64,000 bases of DNA from Carpediemonas membranifera BICM. Taxonomy: Eukaryota > Protista > Fornicata. Positions within the stretch are counted from its first letter, which is position 1. Each line of letters starts with the position of its first letter. Under the pieces are notes generated by a model. The model saw only the letters and a list, made by a program, of their open reading frames with translations, was not told where the DNA came from and searched no databases. Below, piece after piece: positions 33,135-43,200 of this stretch. The position numbers were made by a program, and so were the translations under genes. Where the stretch lies: assembly GCA_019828565.1 (NCBI GenBank), contig JAHDYR010000012.1, forward strand, positions 1,731,780 to 1,795,779, in the 5' to 3' direction.

Positions 33135-34277
33135 ATGCTTACTCCAGCTGAAAAGACACACTTGCTGAACTACAAGTACCAAGGCGGCGATAACTCTTTG
33201 CTTATGCGTTTCTTCCTGCGTCCGTTTATCTATAATCCCATTGTCCGCGTGTTGCCAAAGAACCTGGCTCCGAATGTGATCACAGTTGTTGGCATCCTTG
33301 CCACCGTCATCGGCTACCTCGTAACCATCTACGTCTTCCCCCAGTTCCCCGACGAGGACACGTCATACGCCCCCGTCCCGTGGCTCTCCTTCCTCCTCGC
33401 CGCATGCCTCTTCATCTACCAGACATGCGACAACATTGACGGCCCCCATGCCCGCAACATCGCCTGCTGCTCGCATGTCGGCGACTTCCTCGACCATGCC
33501 GGGGACCAGATCGCCTTCTTCACGTTCATCACCTCCCTGACGACAACCTTCTTCACGGGCCCGACCCTGCTGTCAGCCTTCTCAGTGCTCTCCGTGATGT
33601 GGGCCGGCTGGTTCGCGCAGTGGGAGACGCTGTACATGGGCAAGCTCGTCCTCGCCCCCATCAACGGGTGCATGGAGGGCATCTTCACCGGCGTCATGAT
33701 CCATGTCGGATTCGGCCTCTTCCCCGACATCCCCATCTCTCACGTCACCCTCCCCGCCGTCGGCACCGTCTCCGTCGGCCAGGTCATCGCCCTCGTCTCC
33801 GCAGTCGGCGGCGTCACCCTCGGCCCCACTGCTTCCCTCGTCTCCGTGTTCAAGAAGCTTGGGCCCCGTGCCTACGCCAGGTCCCTCATGACCCACTTCC
33901 CCTATCTCGTCCTCAACGGCCTCTGCTTCGCCACGGCCCTGCTCGACCCCGCCGTCAGGGCCCATGTGCCACACGCCTGGATGAGCCTGCACGGCGTCCT
34001 CATCTGCTATATTATCATGAACCTCATCATCCACCGCCTCGTCGGCCGGCCGTTCCCCCTCCTCCAACCCGCGATCCTCCTGGCCGTTGTCCCCTTCGCC
34101 GTGGCTGTCAGCAACAAGCTCAACCCGGTCCCCTTCGAGGTCAGGGTCAACGTCATGGTGATATGTGCCGTCTTCGCGGCTGTAATGTTCGCTGTCAAAT
34201 TCCTTAAGGTCGCCTCGGACATCTCTGCTGCCAGTGGAAAACCCCTCTGGACCGTCCCGAAGACAAAGCGGGACTAG
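33135..34277 (+). CDS. CEPT1: Choline/ethanolamine phosphotransferase (CDP-alcohol phosphatidyltransferase)
   Basis: YKYQGGDNSL...LAPNVIT...YQTCDNIDGPHAR...VGDFLDHAGD CDP-alcohol motif; multi-TM. Confidence 0.92.
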   Translation: MLTPAEKTHLLNYKYQGGDNSLLMRFFLRPFIYNPIVRVLPKNLAPNVITVVGILATVIGYLVTIYVFPQFPDEDTSYAPVPWLSFLLAACLFIYQTCDNIDGPHARNIACCSHVGDFLDHAGDQIAFFTFITSLTTTFFTGPTLLSAFSVLSVMWAGWFAQWETLYMGKLVLAPINGCMEGIFTGVMIHVGFGLFPDIPISHVTLPAVGTVSVGQVIALVSAVGGVTLGPTASLVSVFKKLGPRAYARSLMTHFPYLVLNGLCFATALLDPAVRAHVPHAWMSLHGVLICYIIMNLIIHRLVGRPFPLLQPAILLAVVPFAVAVSNKLNPVPFEVRVNVMVICAVFAAVMFAVKFLKVASDISAASGKPLWTVPKTKRD

Positions 34278-36131
34278 ACGCAATGTTCATAAATGGGTGA
34301 ATTTATGCTAACCAGTGACGGGATCCACAGGGAAGTTGACCCCCATCCAGTCCGGGTGCCGGCCGTTTACAGTGGGGTCGGACGTCAGGCACAACAGCGG
34401 CAGTGGCGGCAATGTGAAATTGTGCCTCCATCGCTCTTCGTGTAAAGCCGAATGACAAGCTGCCATAGCTTCTTCTTAGTGGTTAGCTGCTTAATTGTGG
34501 CTTCGGCGCCGTTGGACGAGCTACGCTGGGGGAACGACACGTTGACGTGATCGACTATGCGGTGGCCGATCCACTTGGACGAAGCGTCTGGGCCGGAGCC
34601 CTCAGTCGAGGCGGCGTTGTCAGGAAGGAAAGAAAGAAAAGAAAGAATTTAATGTGTCCTGCTGTGTAAGCTGAATGTCACAGTTTGTGTCACCCCTTCG
34701 AGGAACGCCTAAGCGTGTTGGTACCTCTACAGAGCACACCTAACACTTCCTAAGAGGGCGTGAACAACGGCCGTCAAGGCCTAGCTGGTACGCTAGAGGG
34801 ATCCTATACATGGCCACATTAATACCCCCAAAGTTAGGCTAACCCAGGTCTTACTCTTAGGGGCCCTTTGGGTCCCAGGTCTGCCTGGCACCTACAAAGC
34901 CTTGCCCTGCACGCTGCTGTCAGGGACCTTCCGTACGTTTCCCCTCTCCCCCGGGTCCCCTAGGGAGGTCCTGGGGTTTCCTCGACCCGCTCGCCATGTT
35001 TCAGGCACCCGCCAGGGCGGGTTCGGGTCTAGAGTTCGCCGTACCAGCTGGGCCGGGTTAGGAACCCACCGACGCCGCGTAGGTAGACTTCCACGGACTT
35101 GCCGGCTGCGTTCGGGCTCATCTAGCGCTGTCCGATTTCACTCCAGGTTCCCATTATCGGGGGGAGCTCCCAGGGGCGGTTGCCACGTCTTCCAGTGTTC
35201 CTGGCTAGGCGCCGGGCCACATCAGGATGGCCCTGCCTTCCCGGCAGGTTACCGACGGAGTGGGTAGCTTCTTGCGTCATCCAGTACCTCCGCCAGTCTG
35301 CCATGCATCATCCTCCTGGTGCGCCCCCACTGTGTGGGGAGGGGGTACCCCCTTGCGCGCCGGAGGGATGCGCCGGACCGCTTGTCCGGACGCTTGCGCC
35401 CTACTGGCCCAGCTGTTTTGCCAGGCCTTCCCTATTTCGTGCTTGTTGTATGCGATTGTCCCTTAGTGGTCCTTTGCAGCCTTCCCTCCGCCTGGCGCTA
35501 CCGGAACATGGGGTGTTGTCCTCATTGGTTCCAGGCCCGCTGCGCTTGGGGTCGGTGCTCGGGCCACCTTTCCAGGCCGCCCTGTGGGTTGGGCCTGTCC
35601 CCTCTTGGTGGTGGGGGAGTTGTTTCAAGTGTGGTGCAGGCATCAGAGTGCTCCCTTGCTGCGTGGGTTGGGTTGGGTGTGCGGCCGGGCGCTACCGGAA
35701 CATGTGGGGGGAAAACACCTCCCGCCGGTTCCAGGAGTGTTCCGCCCTGTGCCTTGTCTTCACCCAGGGCCTTCCTCCTAGGGGTCTGGGCCTGTTCTGA
35801 GGTTCATGAGGGCCTTTTTCCCGCATAATAGACCCTCCTTCACTGTTTCATCCTCCTGTTGCAGTAGCCAGTGGAGCTCCAATATGGCCCTGGAGTTATA
35901 CCACTCCCCATCTGGGCCGTGCCGCAGCCTACTTGCCATGGTGTGTGTTGCCGCAGCTTCCCAGCACTGCTCCCACCCACTTGGGCGGCCGACGCCCTGG
36001 CACTCCGCTATGATGTGGCTTTGTGTTCCTAGCGGTTGGTCTTCCAGCCACCCGGCTACTGCCACTAGCGCCTGCGCCTGGGGGGGGGTATAGTTGGAGG
36101 TAGTTGATCAATTCGCGTTCGGCTGCGAGTG

Positions 36132-36243
36132 TGTGGTGGTCATAGACCACACTAATCATTTATACAGTTTAAGCCATTTATTGGCACAAGGGTTTTCTCG
36201 TCTTCTTTCCCTGTAAAAGCATTCTCCGCATTAGCGAGGCACA
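36132..36243 (+). repeat. 5' LTR of B2 (112 bp)
   Basis: Matches 54533-54644 with one substitution. Confidence 0.96.
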
Positions 36244-36263
36244 TTAACGTTAATTCCCCTCAA

Positions 36264-39200
36264 ATGCTGAAGAAATCCGATCCCCCGTTGCTGAAGTCGC
36301 CAGATCTGAACGAACTGTTCATCTTTGTGGACAAGTTCAACGATTACCGCGCCTTAGGGGGCAAGCGAGACATTGAGAAGCTAATCGACAGCGAGGTTCG
36401 GGAGATGGTGACAGCAATCCTACCAGCGGACGATCTTGACGACGCGGAGGAAGAGATCCCTCTCCTCCTTAATCAACATCATCGTGCCGCTCGCTTCAGA
36501 GCCCAGAAGGACCTCAAGATCATCAAGCGCCTAGGACGCGCTCTCAGACCTACTCAAGAAGTCAACAAGCTCCGTCTCTTTAGAATCACCGCCAAGGACT
36601 TCTCCCCTATCGAAGTTGCTCGAGTCAACAAGAAGTTCCGTATTACCATGGCAGTCGTCCAACCCGAGTTCCCCCTCGAGACACTACGCGACATATACGT
36701 TCGTTGTTTCAAGTTCGGATCCAACCAGACGATGTACCGCATCAAGGAGGTGATCCAGGACATGTCGCTAGAAGATGCCATGCCGCGCGTTCTAGCCCTA
36801 TCCAGAACAGTCCAAGAGAGCACCGCGATCGCCAACGCGTTCCAGGACAAGCCGTCCAACGCCGAGCACCACCACACGAGCCGTAACTCCCACCGACGCA
36901 ACGATCGCAAGCCTCAGTCACGTCCCACCGAAGACCGTTCGCATGCTATCAACACGCGTCGACTAAGCCTATCGACAAGAAGGGCAGACGTGATCATTCA
37001 CAGTTCACTTGCTATAACTGTGGTGGTAAGGGTCACGCCGTCTACGAGTGTAAGAAGCCCAAGAACAAGTGTCAGAAGTGCGGGAAGAGCGGACACCTTG
37101 ACAGGTTCTGTAAATCCCCACAGTACTTGTCCTTGTTCTCGATGACTTCACACAAACGCAAAGATAGCCTACCTCTGTGCAAAGTTAAGGTCGAGGGTCG
37201 AGACGTCGTTGCCTTGATTGATTCGGGAGCCAACTGCTCCACTATATCCCCCAAGCTGACCAAGGGTATGACGCGTATATCAGATGAAGAGCGAAGCGTG
37301 CGTACAGCCAAGGGAACTATACAGTCCCAAGGTTCCGTGCAAGGGAACATCAAACTCATGCCGTCAGCCTTTACACCTAAGGCAGTGTCCTTCAAGCCGG
37401 AGTTGATTGTGCTAGATACTGAGTTCGACGTTGTCCTGGGGTACCCCCACCTTGTCGAGCTGGGAATCCTCCCCGACGTGAACGTAGAGTCAGGGGAATA
37501 CTCGGACGAAGTCCAGGTCCCCGAAGCTTTCAAGCACAACGCTGCCATTTTTAGTCTATCCGACCAGTCGACCAAGAGTCAAGCCGAACTGATCAAGAGG
37601 TTCTCCGATCTATTCCAAGACCGGGACGAACCTAGCAGGCTAGAGTCGTACGACCTCGTTCTGAAGGACGATCGGGTCGTGAACGCCAGACCTTACTATG
37701 TACCCCCAGCGAAGATACACGTCGTGAGAGAGCACATCGACACGCTGCTAGCCAAGAAATATATCGAGGCCTGCCAGTCACAATACGCTTCCCCAGCTAT
37801 GACTGTGCCTAAGAAGGGAGGCAAGTCGCGTTTCGTAGTCGATTTCCGCCGTATTAACGAGCTTACTGAGCCGTTCGACTACCCCATCCCTCGTATCGAC
37901 GAGGTTCTGTCACAGCTCGCAGGACAGAAGATCTTCGCGACTCTAGACCTGTCGTCCGGGTACCACCAGATCCATTTGACAGAACGATCAAGACCCCTGA
38001 CTGCATTTACCACCGTACTAGGGCAGTATCAATACCGACGGATGCCTTTCGGGCTGCGCAACGCAGGAGCTCACTTCCAGAAGGCCATGGAGCGCGCCTT
38101 CGCCGGGCTCGTGGGCAGCTCATGTTACATTTACATCGACGATATTATTGTCTTCGGCAGCGACGAGGCCGAATATCTCGCGAACCTCGAAAGAGTCCTG
38201 GACCGTGCGCGTAAGGTCAAGCTCCAGCTCAATCGCGAGAAATGCCAATTCGGCAGGCAGGAGGTCGAGTTCTTAGGTTGGGTTGTCAATGATGGGCAGG
38301 TGAGCATCGCACCCAGCCGTGTAGACGACATCGCAAATCTCCAGATGCCGACATCCATCAAGGGCATGCAGGGCCTAGTAGGATTCCTCAACTATTTCCG
38401 GGATCACATCCCCCATTTTGCGGAAATCGGACACCCGTTAATCAAAGCTATGTCCGGTCACACAAGTCTCGGCCTGACCGCCCAGCAGGAGGCCCTCGAT
38501 AAGCTCAAGCAGAGCCTTACCTCCGCTGACGCCCTAGCAATTTTCGACGCCACGAAGGAGCATTCTATAATGACCGACGCCTCGGGAGTGGGGTACGGCG
38601 CAGTCCTATTGCAAGAGGGCAAGCCTGTCTGTTACATGTCGAAGGCCTTCAACGCCACACAGTCTCGTTGGTCAACGATTGAGAAGGAGGCGTACGCCAT
38701 TGTGGCGGCCTTGCAGCGCTGGCGCAAGTTCCTTGCCTGGGGACCTTTCTCCATACTCACTGACCACCGAAACCTTACCTTCATGTACCGTAGCATCAAC
38801 CCGAAAGTCGGGAGGTGGGCCGATGCCATTTCCGACTTGGACTTTGAGATTAAGCACGTCGCCGGCCTGGACAATGGAGCCGCAGATGGTCTGTCCCGTG
38901 TGTTTACTATGTTCACTCGCAAAGCTACGACCGATGAGATTGAAGAAGCACACACCACCGCCGGCGCCCATCTATCTCGACGACTAACGACCGAGAAGCT
39001 TAGAGCCGAAGGGTTGTCGGTGTCGAGAGCCGCAGTCGACCAGGTGATTGCAGCTTGCCCGGTGTGCCAAGTCCTCGAGAGACCCCACGTCGATACACCG
39101 GATGGTCTGCATACCGCCGTTGATGAACCGTTTAAGCGAGTAGCCATCGACACCTTAGGTCCGTTCCCCAAGTCGCAGGGGTTCACGCACATCTCCGTCA

Positions 39201-40192
39201 TCATAGATATGTGTAGTAGGTGGACCGAGTTGGTTCCAGTTACAGGTACGACTGCGCAAGCCGCAGTTACGGCGTTCGTTAATAACTGGGTCTTACGCTA
39301 TGGCTGCCCCGGGGTCTTACAGACTGACGGCGGGCCCGAGTTTAACAATCAGCTCATGAAGTCCCTGGCCGACGAAATGGGTTTCCACACCCATGTTACG
39401 ACTCCACATCACCCGCAATCTAATGGCATCGTCGAACGGGCCAACAGTGGAGTTCTCAAAATCTTGAAGGCCAGAAAGTTCCATTTCCGGGACGCGGACT
39501 GGGTCAAGCACTTACCTGTCGCACAATTTATCGTCAATTCGACGCCCAGGATACCCACTCACCTCTCACCATCCGAGATCATACTAGGTGTCAACATCAG
39601 GATCCCGAACGAGATCATCATCTGCACCCACTCGACTAGCGCCAGAATACAGGACAGACGCGCGGCGGCTGGCCAAGCCATCCAGCTAGCGAAGGCTAGA
39701 ATTCAGGCAATGAGAGAGGACGCTCTCGCAAACGCCGCATCGTCACGTCAGGAGTTACTGTGCCGGTTCGTGTTGGTCAAGTACCCAGCCAGACCTCCCA
39801 ACAAGCTGATGCCAGGATGGCGAGGGCCCATGCGACGGGTCAGTGCGGTTAAGCAAGATGGCGTGACGGTCGCCTATGAAGTTCAGGACCTCAACCAGGG
39901 AAGCCAAGGCAAGATATTGAAGGTCGACGCCTCGCGCGTACGCAGATTTAACCCTGGCAATCTATCCGAGCGAGAGATCAAGGACTTGGCCGCCACGGCG
40001 AACGATGAGTGGGAAGTGGACCGTATTTCCAAATCGCGAGGGAACGGAACACGAACCAAACGCGAATACCGCATTCACTGGTCTGGTTTCGAGGACGAGG
40101 AGGCGACATGGCAGGATTGGGACTCCGTCAAGGACCTGGAAGCATTAGATATATATTTGAAGTCTGACCAAGCCAAACTGGACGGTCTATAA
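36264..40192 (+). CDS. B2 Gag-Pol with chromodomain (one frameshift near 36900-36945)
   Basis: Gag homologous to B1; CYNCGGKGHAVYEC in pol frame; LIDSGA, YIDD, TDAS, DDE integrase, RGPM, EWEVDRISKSR...EYRIHWSGF. Confidence 0.95.
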
Positions 40193-40234
40193 ATCTTCAC
40201 CACATCTAATCGCTCCAGCGTCAAGTCATCAGAT

Positions 40235-43200
40235 TTATTCGTCGTCCGACTCCTCGGTATCGGTCAGCTCGACCAACCAAGACGCGTCAGCGTGGCGCTC
40301 AAGATCGTGCTCAGCAAGATAGTCGCGCACACAACGGACGAGACAGAGATCGGCGTTCAGCCAGACGATGCTGAGGCCAGAGTAACCCTCATACTGGAGT
40401 ATGAGAGCGAAGGTCCCAGGTCCACGAGTCGTTTTGAGGAATTCATGACGGATAACACACGTCACGGTGTAGTAACGGTCCGGGTCCGAGACCTGAATAG
40501 GCTCCCAGTGGACCTCGTCACCGATCGCAGGCAGGTGACCCTCGCGACACAGCTCGTCGACCAGGTGTAGTGGTCCAAGACCCATCAAAAGATTATCGTG
40601 CAGTTTATGTAAACAGTCCATTGCTCGCCTCACGCCCCGCGTTCCGAGCGGGACGGAGTTGAGCATGCCGACTCAGTCGACCTTGATGGCGACAGACTCG
40701 TGCTGGCCATGTCCACCAGGCAGCCGCCTGTACCACGCCCGGGCGGAGTGACCGGATTTATCCAGTCGACCATGCCCGTGGCGACCCGGCACATCCTCTC
40801 GACCCCACGTCCATCTCCTGGGGCACGGACGCAATTAGCTAATGATCCACGCAGCGAACAACCGTTCCACAGTCGACTTGCACCATGCAGTCGCCCGGAC
40901 TCACGCGCCGGCGGCAACCAACACGACTGGACACATCGCTGCCCCGTTTGCCCGCGTCGAAGTGCCCACACTCGCCTGTCAGACCCCGCTCGCCAGCCTG
41001 CAGCACGGCGACACTTAGCCTGACCTTCTCCGTTGGAAATGTCCGGTATGGGAAGTTGACGAAACCAACCGGAAAAAGGCCAAAAGCTGGCAATCGGGAT
41101 TTATCGGATCTCATTGAAAGCTATTCGAGCTCGAAGCGAGCGACGGTGCCCCGCGGCGCCAGCATCCACCAAATGGTAATTTCAGGACCAAGAGTTCGTC
41201 TGCTCTGGGGCACGAGAGCAGAAATGGGAAGTATTCTCCTAACCCACTAGCCATAGGGCACATTGGGGAAGCAAATTGCTCCCCGGAGGAGATCGCCCGT
41301 TGCGAAGCAGGTTAGCGCCAGAGCGGGCCGGCAGAGGACAACTGGCTGCTCCAGGTGAGGTGCGCACCACCTCACCTGGAGCCCACTCCCCTGCCCTGTA
41401 TACCTCGCCGTGCGCCAAGCTATGTCGAGCAACAGATGATCGTCCTCGTGTGCCCAAAAATGCACAGAGGCAAAAACCACCCAAAAGGGAATAAGTTAGC
41501 CTCGGTAGGAAAGCGTTGACAGAATACACAGTACTCTAACAACAAACAAAACCTACCGCCCATGCTCCTGGGACCCACAAGGGGACCAGACGCAACTAAA
41601 CGCTCCTCGCACAAACCCACAAGGGAAATCAACGCGAACAAGCGTACTGCGCCACCTTTATGATTGAAACCCCTACCGTAACCGGTACCCGCAGTAGGCC
41701 CCAGAGGCACTGCGACACGATTGCCTCAGACAACTTAACTGGGGCCATATGGCAAAGTAACCCGAGAGCACCGGGACCGGCGGCCAATAGGCTCTCACTG
41801 GGAGGCCACTGGGCCACACTACTCCGGCGCCCGTGCTCTCATGCCGCCCAAGACCGGGCTTGTGGACGTCATTGCCACGAGAGCCGGGATCGCCGCCCGC
41901 CGCCGGCATAGGCAACAGGGCCACCACAACAGGCCCCCAGTACACCAGCCATACCGGACAACAGACCGGGAGCGCTGAGGGCCCCGTCCACAGCCCCACA
42001 AGAAACGCCCAGCCGAAGCCAAAAGGCATAAACCATCACGGTGTTTACCAGGACTCACAACCTCTTGGGAGTGACGCGACCCAGGAAGGAAACAACCGGG
42101 CTGCGACCACAAGATACAGGACGAGCGGCGTGAATGGCAACCAGCTGGTGCAGCCGGGCGTCTATGCGAGCACGAAGGCGCTTATAGACCCGCATTTGGC
42201 CCCTCAGCTCAGCGTCGAAACCCCGAGCCGACTTAGACTCGTGGGGACTCAGGTCCTCGTCACGGTAATTCTGAGCCAGGTAGGAAAAGGCAGCGGCACG
42301 CTCCCGCCACCGGCTGGCCAGGACGTCCACCTGGGCAAAATCGTCAGCTATGGTCCGCAGGAAATGCGCCTCCCAACCCCGAGGAGTCGCCGGGCCAGGA
42401 GTCGGGGACTCCCGAGAAGGAGCGGTGAAGCCCCTGCCGCCACAAGGCAAGGGACTACCCTGGGGCCCGGAGGGGAATATGGGATCCCCCGTCGGAGTGC
42501 GAAGAGGGCCCTGCTTCCCGGGAAAGAGGCGGCGCCCCCGAAATCGGAGTCCAGGCCGTACTCGGGCCAAGGACTCGATAGGGATCGGAGTGCATAACCC
42601 CTGGTAATGCACCTCCCCCTCTGGGGACCGCTGGGCAGCGGAGGCGCCGGCCGAATGGCCAGGAGGAGGCGTGAAGGTGGAAGGAGAGATGGAACGGACG
42701 CATGGGGAATAAGGGACAGCAGCCCCGTGTGGGGCGATGCTCCCTGTCCCTGCAATAAGGTTCCCTTTTGGGTTTTCGCCAGACATGTTTTGTGTGGAAA
42801 CAAGGTCCGCAACAAACCTCGCATACCTCGCCCCTGAACCATCCGCCCTGAGGAAGGGAAAGGAGCCATACAAGACCAGGACATCGCTGGCTGGCGCCCC
42901 TTGGAACCTCCACCAAACCTCCTCAAGCCCCTCCAAGAAGCTGGCAAAAGTGCACTTCCCGCCTTTTGCCACTCCAAATGGAAACAGGGGAATATCCCAA
43001 CAGGGACATGCCAGATAGGGAAGAAAGCATGATTTATGGCTTATTCGCCCTTAAGGCTGCACCCAGAAGGGATCTCAGGAAAACCAGAAGGGAAAAAGCA
43101 AATACGTCCATTATCCAGCTCGGCAACGCGATAGGATACGACAAGATTGTAGACCCAGAACAGGGAAGCTTTACAGCAAAGGAAGGCCCAGGGGAGCTCC

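Noticed and set aside
34380-34625. Minus-strand open frame abutting the LINE tail, considered as the missing RPA1 part or a truncated gene end
   Set aside because: No RPA1 motifs, wrong strand, too short to assign
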